The notes under the pieces were generated by a model. That model made no database searches. It was not told the origin of the DNA and saw nothing but the letters and a program-made list of their open reading frames with translations. A stretch of 64,000 nucleotides of DNA from Candidatus Nomurabacteria bacterium (GTDB lineage: Bacteria; Patescibacteriota; Minisyncoccia; Phycocordibacterales; UBA9973), in the NCBI GenBank assembly GCA_023898605.1, contig CP060230.1, forward strand, positions 67,944 through 131,943, in the 5' to 3' direction. Each line of letters starts with the position of its first letter. Positions within the stretch are counted from its first letter, which is position 1. Shown one piece after another: positions 17,390 through 26,066 of this stretch. Position numbers and translations under genes: made by a program.

Positions 17390-17914
17390 ATGATCTTTAA
17401 CTTAAAATACTTTATCATGTCGAATAATAATGAAACAGTTGAAAACCCTACCACTTCTGTAGATAAAGTGGTAATTTCAATCTCTAAACGATCGATCTGG
17501 TCATTTATTGGACTGCTTGTGGTAGCTGGCTTCAGCTATCTCCAATGGATAGGCTATTTATTGCCAACCTTTAAGCAGATATTTATTTTGATTGAGGAAG
17601 CAGATGCTTCAATTTTAAGCGTAAGCCAAATAGGGTTGATGTGGGTGCCCGTAATATCGTACGCCCTAGTGGCGTTAAATATCTGTCTTTTTTTTAATAT
17701 ATTTAAGGAATTAAAGAAAGAGAAAGGTCTCATTGCGGGTCTCATTGTGGGTCTCATTTGGGGTCTTTGGGGTCTCATTGCGGGTCTCATTGCGGGTCTC
17801 ACTGCGGGTCTCATTGTGGGTCTCATTTGGGGTCTCACTTGGGGTCTCACTTGGGGTCTCACTGCGGGTCTCATTATGGGTCTCATTATGGGTCTCAAAA
17901 ATGAGTACTCATGA
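17390..17914 (+). CDS. membrane protein with C-terminal (G-L-I/T-x) tetrapeptide repeat array
   Basis: Two N-terminal TM helices are followed by about 14 in-frame GLIAGLIVGLIWGL... repeats. Confidence 0.6.
   Translation: MIFNLKYFIMSNNNETVENPTTSVDKVVISISKRSIWSFIGLLVVAGFSYLQWIGYLLPTFKQIFILIEEADASILSVSQIGLMWVPVISYALVALNICLFFNIFKELKKEKGLIAGLIVGLIWGLWGLIAGLIAGLTAGLIVGLIWGLTWGLTWGLTAGLIMGLIMGLKNEYS
17726..17896 (+). repeat. 12-bp tandem repeat GGTCTCAYTRNG, about 14 units, in-frame
   Basis: I counted the units directly. One unit is shortened to 9 bp. Confidence 0.9.
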
Positions 17915-17990
17915 AAATACAAAAGAGCTTGTCTTGGATGAGCTCTTTTTTAATTTTTATAAATTAATATTCGAATATCAAAGACATAAC

Positions 17991-18018
17991 AAAACCACCC
18001 GTATATGGGTGGTTTTTT
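17991..18018. terminator. bidirectional intrinsic terminator
   Basis: The sequence is aaaaccaccc-gtatat-gggtggtttttt. Confidence 0.7.
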
Positions 18019-18020
18019 AT

Positions 18021-18551
18021 TTATAGTGATTTTACCTTGATAGTTGTTTGTTTGTCTTTGTCTATCTTTGGAAGTCTTATTGTTAGAAGTCCGTGTTTTT
18101 CTATCGCTTCGGCTCTTTCTGGTTCGATTTCTTGTGGGAGAATTATAGTTCTAGAGAATGCACCCCAATATAGTTCCTTTGTGAAATAATCTTGTTCTGG
18201 TATGGCACGATTTTCTTCTCTTCGTCCTTTTATAACAATTGAGTCTCTAGTTATGCTTATACCCAAGTCTTCTGGCCTCACTCCAGCCACCATTGTTTGT
18301 ACTATTATTTCTCCTGGTGTTTGGTATACGTCTACAGTTAGTTGACCCTCTTCTTCTTGCCACGCGTCTTCTTCTTCTACCACAATTTGAGATTGTGGGC
18401 TTTGGGATTTAACCTTGAGTGTTCTTACGTCTTTTTGTGCTAGAGGTTTTTCTTCTTCCTGTGCGAACACATCATCGTCTTCCATCAAGTCTTCGTCAAA
18501 GCGAATACTTCCTGTCAGTCTTTCGAAGAGAGATTTTCTTTTTTTTATCAT
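18021..18551 (-). CDS. Hsp20/alpha-crystallin small heat-shock protein
   Basis: Shows alpha-crystallin domain strings: DVYQTPGEIIVQTMVAGVRPEDL, FSRTIILP, GLLTIRLPK. Confidence 0.85.
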   Translation of the reverse strand: MIKKRKSLFERLTGSIRFDEDLMEDDDVFAQEEEKPLAQKDVRTLKVKSQSPQSQIVVEEEDAWQEEEGQLTVDVYQTPGEIIVQTMVAGVRPEDLGISITRDSIVIKGRREENRAIPEQDYFTKELYWGAFSRTIILPQEIEPERAEAIEKHGLLTIRLPKIDKDKQTTIKVKSL

Positions 18552-18556
18552 AATAA

Positions 18557-19285
18557 TTAATTTATTGTCGGCTGAATGTTTTCTTTGTAATAAATAGCGT
18601 CAGATATTCTTCTAAGTCTTTCGAAGAATAGCATACTAACAATTGCGAGAACCCATAGAACGCCATAAAGTCTCCAGAATTGTTCTCCTGTATCATTAAT
18701 TATAAGGAAATTAAACGTTCCGTGCAATAAAATTGCCACCATAATCCCCACAATACTATAAAAGACTCTGACTATTTTTAGATATCTAAACCCTAGTCCC
18801 ATGCCTATACCTATTGCTGCACTCGATATAGTGTGCAGGATTGATGCACCCAAGAATCTGAGTCCGCCTGTAAGAAGACTAACTGTAGTGTCTTGTGTTG
18901 TTATCGGATCAAACAAGAACATAGAGTTTTCTAGCGCAGAAAATCCAAGAGCAATCGTTATAAAATAGATAGGGAAGTCTATAGGTTCGTCTGCCTTGCC
19001 ACTAGGCAAGATTATTATTATGAACATCAAGAATTTTAGGATTTCTTCTGATGCTGCAGCAAGTCCGACAAATGTTTTGTCGTCGATAGAAATACTGCTC
19101 AAAAACTCCTGTATAGGCAAGACAAGTGGTACAGCTATCATTCCTCCTAGGAATGCCAAAAACAAAAGACCTTTTGGTTCGGGTCTTTTGTCATCTTCTT
19201 TGAGCCAAAACCATAGCCAGACTAGAGCTGGAATGATTCCACTTGCTATAGCAACCAATATATTGTTTATGCTTTGATACTCCAT
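18557..19285 (-). CDS. PrsW-family intramembrane metalloprotease
   Basis: A polytopic protein with the EEILKF and HGTFNF motifs. Confidence 0.7.
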   Translation of the reverse strand: MEYQSINNILVAIASGIIPALVWLWFWLKEDDKRPEPKGLLFLAFLGGMIAVPLVLPIQEFLSSISIDDKTFVGLAAASEEILKFLMFIIIILPSGKADEPIDFPIYFITIALGFSALENSMFLFDPITTQDTTVSLLTGGLRFLGASILHTISSAAIGIGMGLGFRYLKIVRVFYSIVGIMVAILLHGTFNFLIINDTGEQFWRLYGVLWVLAIVSMLFFERLRRISDAIYYKENIQPTIN

Positions 19286-21456
19286 TTCTCTACCATAAGA
19301 GGACTATCGTGTCCCAAGAGTGACCATATTTCTTCTGTTACAAATGGCATGAATGGATGAAGCGCTTTGATCTGTTCTTTTAGTAGATACAGAAGCGTAT
19401 ATTTTGCAGAGTCATTCATGTCTTTTTTACACTCTTCTATTATGATATCAGCAAATCTGTGCCAGAAGAAGTGGTAAAGCTTCTCGCCGACTAGGTATAA
19501 CTTGTATTCTGTCATTTCTTTTGTAATTTCTTCCAAAAGTTTTTGCCACTCGTCTATATATTCTTGGTGAGAAGGATCTAGTTTTGGAGTAATAGAAGTA
19601 TCGAAGTCAGAAGTATTTTCTAAAACAAATCTTGTAGCGTTCCATATCTTGTTACCAAACTTTTTGTAAGCTTTGATTTTTTCTTCGCTCAAGTTGTTGT
19701 CTCCTCCTGGTCCTATGCCAACGATTAGACCCATACGTAGCGCGTCAGCACCGTAGTCTTTTATAACATCTACTGGGTCTAGTGTGTTTCCTAGAGATTT
19801 ACTCATCTTTCTTCCTTGTTTGTCACGAACGAGCCCGTGTAGATATACGTTCTTGAACGGTATTTCTCCTATTAGGTATTTTGTCATAAGAACCATTCTT
19901 GCAACCCAGAAAAAAATTATGTCATAACCAGTTTCGAGAACAGTTGTTGGGTGGTATATGCTATCTTTCGAATTCGCGAGCCATTTCTTGAGATCTATAT
20001 CATAAACTTCTTTGTCTAGAAGCGTAGAGAATGTCCAAAGACCGGAAGAAAACCAAGTGTCTAGTGTATCTTCGTCTTGTACCCAGCCGTCTCCAGGAGA
20101 AGTTTTTGAAACTTCTATTTTTCCGTCTTTGTGCCAAGCTGGAACTCTGTGCCCATACCATATTTGTCTAGAGATATTCCAGTCACGCAAGTTTTCTATC
20201 CAGTTTGTATAAACTCTCTCATATCTTTCTGGCATTATGTTTATTTCGCTCTCTTTTACAACATCTAACATTAGATCTTTGAGACTTTTTCCTGTTTCGT
20301 TTTTCTTGTTTACATCAACCCACCATTGCATTTTAGGTAGTGGTTCTATAATCCCGCCAGTACGTTCTGCTGTTGCAACGCTTTGCACAACCTCTTCTTC
20401 ATTTATTAGAAGGTTTTCTTTTCGTAGCCACTCAACAACAGCTTCTCGCGCTGCTTCAACTTTTGTATCTTTTACTCCTTCCATACCAACTGTCATCTTG
20501 GCGTATTCGTTTATAACTTGTTTCATTGGTAGGTTGTGTCTTTCCGCGATTTCCCAGTCTGTTTGACTATGCGCTGGAGTAACACCAAGAGCGCCAACTC
20601 CAAACTCTGGATCGACTTCTTCGTCGGCAATTATTTTTACAGTTACAGTTTCGCCTGCAAACTCGAAAGAATATTCTTTGCCTACGTATTCTTTATATCT
20701 AGCATCATCTGGGTGTACAGCAACTGCAGTATCTCCAAGTTTTGTTTCTGGTCTTGTTGTTGCTATAGGGAAGGGGAAGTCGTTAGAGTATTTGAAAGTG
20801 TACATTTTACTTTTTCTTTCTTCTCTAACTATTTCGTCATCGGAAATAGTCGTTTGACCTTTTGGATCCCAGTTTACTATTCTTTCTTTTCTGTATATAA
20901 GTCCGTCGTCATACATCTTTTTAAACGCAGAGAAGACAGCTTCATGTCTTGTTTCGTCTAGTGTGTAAGCTTCTCGTGACCAGTCGAGTGATGCACCCAT
21001 CTTTATACATTGAGAAATGATAGTGTCGTGAGAGTCCTGTGCGAACTTCTCAACTCTTTTCAAGAATTCTTCACGTCCCAAATCTTGTTTTCTAATTTTT
21101 TCTTTTGCCAACTCTTTTTCTACTTTTGACTGTGTTGCTATGGCTGCATGATCTGTTCCTGGTATCCAAAGTGTCCTGAGTCCTCGCATTCTAGCGAAAC
21201 GAACCATTATGTCTTCTATTGCGAGCATAGAAGCGTGTCCTGTGTGCAGTGTTCCTGTTACGTTTGGAGGAGGGAGAACAATAGAGAAAATCTCGGCGTC
21301 TTTGTCTGTAAAACCTTTTTCTATACAAATATCTGGATTAAAAAGTCCGCTTTTTTGCCACATATCATATATGCGATCTTCTGTGTCTATGTGGTCGTAT
21401 GGAGACAAGAATTTCTCCGGTATGCTTGTCCCGTTAGATTTTTCATTTGAATTCAT
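19267..21456 (-). CDS. valS: valyl-tRNA synthetase (short form, no C-terminal coiled coil)
   Basis: Shows PPPNVTGTLHTGHA and KMSKSLGN. It ends at 729 aa, right after the anticodon-binding domain. Confidence 0.95.
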   Translation of the reverse strand: MNSNEKSNGTSIPEKFLSPYDHIDTEDRIYDMWQKSGLFNPDICIEKGFTDKDAEIFSIVLPPPNVTGTLHTGHASMLAIEDIMVRFARMRGLRTLWIPGTDHAAIATQSKVEKELAKEKIRKQDLGREEFLKRVEKFAQDSHDTIISQCIKMGASLDWSREAYTLDETRHEAVFSAFKKMYDDGLIYRKERIVNWDPKGQTTISDDEIVREERKSKMYTFKYSNDFPFPIATTRPETKLGDTAVAVHPDDARYKEYVGKEYSFEFAGETVTVKIIADEEVDPEFGVGALGVTPAHSQTDWEIAERHNLPMKQVINEYAKMTVGMEGVKDTKVEAAREAVVEWLRKENLLINEEEVVQSVATAERTGGIIEPLPKMQWWVDVNKKNETGKSLKDLMLDVVKESEINIMPERYERVYTNWIENLRDWNISRQIWYGHRVPAWHKDGKIEVSKTSPGDGWVQDEDTLDTWFSSGLWTFSTLLDKEVYDIDLKKWLANSKDSIYHPTTVLETGYDIIFFWVARMVLMTKYLIGEIPFKNVYLHGLVRDKQGRKMSKSLGNTLDPVDVIKDYGADALRMGLIVGIGPGGDNNLSEEKIKAYKKFGNKIWNATRFVLENTSDFDTSITPKLDPSHQEYIDEWQKLLEEITKEMTEYKLYLVGEKLYHFFWHRFADIIIEECKKDMNDSAKYTLLYLLKEQIKALHPFMPFVTEEIWSLLGHDSPLMVEKWSIKA

Positions 21457-21655
21457 AATTTTCTCTTTATTTTAAGATCGAAAGCCTATATTTGTCTCAT
21501 AAAAATAAAACAAAATCTGTTCGGGATTTCTCTCTGACATGAAAAAAATATAGCATTTTATAGCCTTTTTTTCCAGGAATCATTACTATAGATTGAGTAT
21601 TGACTAGATACAATAATTATTATATAATAATATTACCTCTAAAGATTGAGGTTAT

Positions 21656-21793
21656 ATGGCAATGACAATGTCATTAATGGCGCTGATGCAAGGTTATAGA
21701 GACCAATCCGTCTTTGTTTGTTGTGGCGTTTACAACAAACTAGTCGATACCTTTCAAGGAAGGGAGACGATAAATAGCAGTTCTTTATTATGA
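21656..21793 (+). CDS. possible 45-aa leader ORF coupled to the downstream gene
   Basis: A GAGG RBS precedes the ATG. Its stop TGA overlaps the ATG of 21790 (ATGA). Confidence 0.3.
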   Translation: MAMTMSLMALMQGYRDQSVFVCCGVYNKLVDTFQGRETINSSSLL

Positions 21794-22386
21794 AAAATAT
21801 CATTGTTGGTCTTTTCTTGGTGATCGTATGTGTTTGGATTACTTACGTAATTTCATTCATTTGGTTCTTCGATAAATACAAGGAAACCAAAGATCCTGGT
21901 TACCCGTTTGTCTTTTTTACACTTATTGTTTTGTTGGGTTTTGCCCATGTTGAGCTTTACACTGGCATTCAAAAGCGTTTTGCTGATATTGCAAACAAAG
22001 CAACAAACACAAACAAGCATCAACCTAAGAAAAGGAAAACCTTGCGGGATTATCTGCGAGAAACCAGTTTCACTTTTGATCTGGAAGATGAAAATCGATT
22101 GATTTCAAAAAATAATCCAGGCCTTGTTATAAGGGTTAGTAAGGGACATTCAATTGACGATGTGAATATTTACACAAATCGTCCACATGAATTAAATGAG
22201 GAAGATGAGATTTGTGTGACAAACCAGATTCTTTTCATCCGTAATTTTTTTTACCATATGGGAAGTCACGAAATCAATATCTACAAAAGTCCAGCGGCTA
22301 AGTGGGAAGATTTCTCTCAGGAACTGATTGAAACAATCTTTAATCTGTATGAAGGAAAGTATCAGGTTGAAGAACACGAAGCTTAA
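21790..22386 (+). CDS. hypothetical membrane-anchored protein (2 TM plus soluble domain)
   Basis: Has hydrophobic N-terminal helices. No family was recognised. The gene is locally GC-enriched. Confidence 0.5.
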   Translation: MKNIIVGLFLVIVCVWITYVISFIWFFDKYKETKDPGYPFVFFTLIVLLGFAHVELYTGIQKRFADIANKATNTNKHQPKKRKTLRDYLRETSFTFDLEDENRLISKNNPGLVIRVSKGHSIDDVNIYTNRPHELNEEDEICVTNQILFIRNFFYHMGSHEINIYKSPAAKWEDFSQELIETIFNLYEGKYQVEEHEA

Positions 22387-22397
22387 AGTTCTTTACC

Positions 22398-22432
22398 ATG
22401 CGCGGCAAGTAATTACTTGCCGCGCATTTTTT
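22398..22432. terminator. strong intrinsic terminator between convergent genes
   Basis: The 13-bp stem atgcgcggcaagt/acttgccgcgcat is followed by a T-run. Confidence 0.75.
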
Positions 22433-23585
22433 ATCCTTCGATTCGGAGATTTCCTTCGGCACGGATTTCATCCACCGGTATACTTTGACCGAAATAAAAC
22501 GAAGCTATCGCAACCATGAGAGCGTTGTCTCCAGACAGATCACTTCTCGGATAGAATATTTTTGTATCAGATAGTTCTTTTATGAGTCTTTCTTTTAGGT
22601 AAGAGTTAGCAGCTACTCCACCACCAACAACAAGCATGTTTGATCCAAACTCTTTCATGGCATCCACAGTTTTCTTTACTAGTACATCTACAGCTGCATC
22701 TTCGAACGCTCTCGCTACTTCAGACTTGTCCATGTCATCTTGGTTTTTCTCGACATAGTATCTAACTGCTGTCTTGAGTCCAGAAAAAGAAAAATCATAA
22801 CTTTTTTCGTGCATCATAGGTCGTGGAAAGCCAATTTCTTCTTTTTCGTGTATCTTTCTATGCTTGTCGGCTATTTTAGATATTTCTGGTCCGCCAGGAT
22901 ATGGGAGTCCGAGCATTCTTGCTACTTTGTCAAAAGCTTCACCTACAGCGTCGTCTTTGGTTTCGCCAAGTATTTTGTACATGCCCCAGCCATCTACTTT
23001 TACAAGTTCTGAGTGTCCTCCGGAAACTAGTAGTGATATAAATGGAAACATATCTTCTCTTATTGTGAAGTTTTTGTTTCCGTCTTCTGCAAATACAGAA
23101 AATATATGACCTTCCATGTGGTTTATAGGTATAAGAGGTATATCCCACAACACTGATAGTGCTTTTGCAAAGTTTATACCAACCCACAATGTCGGCTCTA
23201 GTCCTGGTCCTCTTGTAACCGCTAGCTGATCTACTCCCTTGATATCGTATTTTTTTGCAAAGACTAGTAGATCTTCGTATAGTCCAGTTTCTCTTTCTAG
23301 TATTTCTTTGGCTTTTTCTAATCTTGTTTTGTCTACTTCTCCAGACTTTTCTTGTATCATTCCTGCTTCACGAAGTGCGAGTTCTAGTATGGGAACGAGT
23401 GCTTTGGCGTGTTCTCTTTTTGCGACAGCAGGGAAAACACCACCGTATTTGGCGTGGATCTGCGCTTGTGATGCTATGCAATTAGAAAGTATCTCGAAGT
23501 GTGTTTCTTCGTCGCTATCTTTTTGTGTACTAAGTATCGCTATGGCTGTTTCGTCACAAGATGTTTCTATCCCCAAAATTTTCAT
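22431..23585 (-). CDS. tsaD: tRNA N6-adenosine threonylcarbamoyltransferase TsaD
   Basis: Shows MKILGIETSCDETA, HMEGH and VSGGHSELV, with the full Kae1/Gcp architecture. Confidence 0.95.
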   Translation of the reverse strand: MKILGIETSCDETAIAILSTQKDSDEETHFEILSNCIASQAQIHAKYGGVFPAVAKREHAKALVPILELALREAGMIQEKSGEVDKTRLEKAKEILERETGLYEDLLVFAKKYDIKGVDQLAVTRGPGLEPTLWVGINFAKALSVLWDIPLIPINHMEGHIFSVFAEDGNKNFTIREDMFPFISLLVSGGHSELVKVDGWGMYKILGETKDDAVGEAFDKVARMLGLPYPGGPEISKIADKHRKIHEKEEIGFPRPMMHEKSYDFSFSGLKTAVRYYVEKNQDDMDKSEVARAFEDAAVDVLVKKTVDAMKEFGSNMLVVGGGVAANSYLKERLIKELSDTKIFYPRSDLSGDNALMVAIASFYFGQSIPVDEIRAEGNLRIEG

Positions 23586-23634
23586 GTCTATATATTATAC
23601 AAGATTTTTGTTTGATGCGTGTTATATTGTTGTT

Positions 23635-24600
23635 ATGTTTTCAGAAGACGAAGAAAAAAGTGAAAAATTAACAAAGATTTTAGATCAAAATGGTTTTACC
23701 AAAAAGGAAATCGGTATAGCCATTATTGACTTGAAAGAACCTGAGCCAAAGATTTTTGGGTATAATTTTGAGCACTTTATATATCCTGCCTCTGTTTACA
23801 AAGTCTTTATTGGCGCGGAAGCATTGCGTAGAATTGAGTCCGGTGATTTTTCACTAGAGCAAGTTATTGAAGTAAAGTATCCAAATGATGTAGATAAAGA
23901 TGCAAAGATTTTTCCAGGAGATAACAGAAATCTTTTAAAATCTGGCGATAGAGTAACTATAGATTATTTGCTTGATCTTATGTTTACTCGTAGCGACAAT
24001 ACAGCATCCAATTGTCTTATAGATTTAGTGGAAAGAGAAAGTATAACTAAAAATATAATATACAAATATAACTGGCAGGGAAGTGAAGTAACAAGAAAGT
24101 TTTTGGATAGAACAAAAGAAGATAAACCATATAGATATTCGGATACTACTATGACATGCGCAAGACATGTTGCAGAATTTTTTTACCTTGTTGAAAAAGA
24201 AGAACTTGTGTCCCCGTGGGTGTCTAAAAATTTAAAAGAATATATGCTCCGATGGAATACTGGGGGGAGAAAGGGTTTATCATTATCTGATTATATTTCT
24301 TATTATAGAAAGGGTGGATATTTGGAAAACAATTTGTATCTTCCGTTTTATCGTGAATATTACAAAAAGGCAGGCTTTGCGCTAGACTATGCAGCTATCG
24401 GTGTATTTAGACTCATAAAAACAATTGTCACAAAAGGTTGGGCATTTATACGTTGGGTAAACGATGCAGGAGTAGTAACAGGAAAAAATTCACACTATGT
24501 TATATCTTTCTTTTCAGTAAACAAACAAATAAATCCTTACAAAAAATTTAATTCAGAAAAATTAGCGAAACTCATATTTGAGTTTATGGAAAATAGATAA
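23635..24600 (+). CDS. class-A beta-lactamase-like serine hydrolase
   Basis: Has an SxxK motif (SVYK) and an SDN motif. I place the start at the ATG at 23635, because the long upstream extension lies antisense to tsaD. Confidence 0.65.
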   Translation: MFSEDEEKSEKLTKILDQNGFTKKEIGIAIIDLKEPEPKIFGYNFEHFIYPASVYKVFIGAEALRRIESGDFSLEQVIEVKYPNDVDKDAKIFPGDNRNLLKSGDRVTIDYLLDLMFTRSDNTASNCLIDLVERESITKNIIYKYNWQGSEVTRKFLDRTKEDKPYRYSDTTMTCARHVAEFFYLVEKEELVSPWVSKNLKEYMLRWNTGGRKGLSLSDYISYYRKGGYLENNLYLPFYREYYKKAGFALDYAAIGVFRLIKTIVTKGWAFIRWVNDAGVVTGKNSHYVISFFSVNKQINPYKKFNSEKLAKLIFEFMENR

Positions 24601-24858
24601 TTTTTTGGTATCTTTATACTACCACACTCGAACATTTTTCCGAAAGAAATGAATACTTTTTGTTCAGGTTTAAAAATGCAAGCAAGCGCTGCTTTTCCGA
24701 TTCGCGAAATACTTTTCATTTTTAAAAGAATTTTACCGCAACGTGCGATGCCGAGATGATTTGTTTTCTTTTGACATTCTGCGAGTTTCTCCGTTCTCGT
24801 TATATCTACTAATTCAAGTAGGAAGTAGATTAACCTAGGAGCAGTATAGCATAACTGC

Positions 24859-24887
24859 TTGACAAAACCAAATGCTTATGCTATGAT
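24859..24887 (+). promoter_or_regulatory. promoter TTGACA-17-TATGAT
   Basis: The hexamers and the 17-nt spacing were read directly from the sequence. Confidence 0.55.
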
Positions 24888-24926
24888 ATTGGTAATTCTT
24901 TAAAAAATATTGATTTTTAGGGTTTA

Positions 24927-24980
24927 TTTTGAAAGTTATCAGAACTGCCAGAAACTTGGCTTGTCTGATAACTTTCAAAA
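24927..24980 (+). promoter_or_regulatory. 17-bp perfect inverted repeat in the 5' leader of the 25007 gene
   Basis: ttttgaaagttatcaga pairs with tctgataactttcaaaa across 20 nt. The spacer contains an inner hairpin, gcca/tggc. Confidence 0.5.
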
Positions 24981-25006
24981 TTCATAAAAAATTAAAAATC
25001 AATAAA

Positions 25007-25519
25007 ATGGAAAAATCAAAGAAAGGCTCTCGTGCTATGAGTACTGCTGCAATTTTCGCAATCATTATTTCTGTCGTTGGCTCTTTAATTTTAAGAGTTA
25101 ATACAGAAAATATGGTAATGGATGTTTTACTCGGACTTTTTGTCTTTGGAAAATTTGCCATGACCATGATGTTTACCCAAGGGTGGAAAGTGTTCAACCA
25201 CAAAACAATTCTCGGAATGCCACGCCTTTTGTTTGTTTTTTATATCATTGTTGGAACTCTTTTGGTTTCAATTTTTGTAACAAGCAGACAATTCGGTCCT
25301 GACTTAGCTTCTTCTGCAAAAAACATTCTCGGTTTCGTAATTTCAGCTTCGGCTGGATTGATCGGAACTTTGTATATGTGGTATGCCGGAGTTAATGAAT
25401 GGATGGCAGGTGGTAGTGAATATGATGCACGGATGCAATTCAAAAGTAAAGGTGATTCAGATGAAGTAACCGAGGAAAAAGTTATTAAACTGAAAAACCT
25501 TGGCGTTATTCCATCTTAA
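25007..25519 (+). CDS. hypothetical 4-TM membrane protein
   Basis: I place the start at the ATG at 25007, downstream of the leader hairpin. The protein has hydrophobic helices. Confidence 0.5.
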   Translation: MEKSKKGSRAMSTAAIFAIIISVVGSLILRVNTENMVMDVLLGLFVFGKFAMTMMFTQGWKVFNHKTILGMPRLLFVFYIIVGTLLVSIFVTSRQFGPDLASSAKNILGFVISASAGLIGTLYMWYAGVNEWMAGGSEYDARMQFKSKGDSDEVTEEKVIKLKNLGVIPS

Positions 25520-25644
25520 TATCTTTGCCAGAAAAAATTCGAGCTTCACTAATTTTTTAGTGAAGCTCTTTTGTTTTTCTATTTGCCCGCCCCGCCAAAA
25601 AACAAATTCGTCCGCTTTATTTATTTTGAAAACAGGTTCCATTT

Positions 25645-25765
25645 TGGTGGGCGATACAGGACTCGAACCTGTGGCCTTTTCAACGTCATCCCGCCTATTT
25701 AGGACGGGATAAAATGAACGCTCTAGTTCACCCCGCCTATTTCAGGCGGGGCAAGCTGAGCTAAT
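25645..25765 (-). pseudogene. 3' portion of a ghost tRNA-Val (encodes CCA) with hairpin inserts in the D loop and anticodon loop
   Basis: On the minus strand it reads ATTAGCTCAG[29-nt hairpin]CTAGAGCGTTC[27-nt hairpin insert]TGACGTTGAAAAGGCCACAGGTTCGAGTCCTGTATCGCCCACCA. Confidence 0.6.
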
Positions 25766-25992
25766 TTTTCTTTGTAATCTTTATTTTTCTTTTTTAGCCA
25801 CTTTTCGTGTTTTCTGGCTAGCTCATAATTTTTATATTCTTTGGTGTAAACTAAAACATATGGTTTTAGTTTAGAGGAGGTTTTTAATTTACCACTATTG
25901 TGTTCTTTTAATCGCCTAGTTGGATTATCAGAAATACCCACATAAAAACTTTGGTTTATTTTACTTTTTATAAGATAAACAAAGCAAGACAT
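25723..25992 (-). CDS. GIY-YIG nuclease family protein (89 aa)
   Basis: Shows FVYLIKSKINQSFYVGISDNPTRRLKEHNSG. The start codon lies 1 nt after the tRNA-Val 3' end. The last 14 codons read through the ghost D arm and hairpin. Confidence 0.85.
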   Translation of the reverse strand: MSCFVYLIKSKINQSFYVGISDNPTRRLKEHNSGKLKTSSKLKPYVLVYTKEYKNYELARKHEKWLKKKNKDYKEKLAQLAPPEIGGVN

Positions 25993-25993
25993 G

Positions 25994-26066
25994 TGAGCGA
26001 TAGAGGATTCGAACCTCTGACCTTTCCCACGTCAAGGGAACGCTCTACCGACTGAGCTAATCGCTC
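25994..26066 (-). tRNA. tRNA-Val (anticodon GAC)
   Basis: The cloverleaf folds as GAGCGAT-TA-GCTC-AGTCGGTA-GAGC-G-TTCCC-TTGACGT-GGGAA-AGGTC-AGAGG-TTCGAAT-CCTCT-ATCGCTC-A. Confidence 0.9.

Noticed and set aside
17726-17896. The 12-bp tandem repeat as a non-coding minisatellite or CRISPR-like array
   Set aside because: It is fully in-frame within a plausible membrane-protein ORF with its own promoter and terminator. The overlapping ORFs (17554..17922 minus strand, 17733..18026 plus strand) are repeat-induced artefacts.
21457-21660. A T-box or other leader upstream of valS (likewise for leuS and gltX)
   Set aside because: No T-box consensus (AGGGTGGNACCGCG) was found on the relevant strand. 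Only the aspS leader carries it.
23239-23634. The long N-terminal extension of the beta-lactamase-like ORF (track start 23239)
   Set aside because: The extension is entirely antisense to tsaD and is low-complexity Ser/Leu-rich. The ATG at 23635 lies just after the tsaD start region and gives a normal-length protein.
24537-24719. The minus-strand ORF 24537..24719 as a toxin-antitoxin or degraded gene remnant
   Set aside because: No recognisable motif, no RBS and no partner gene were found. There is not enough evidence to call a gene or pseudogene.
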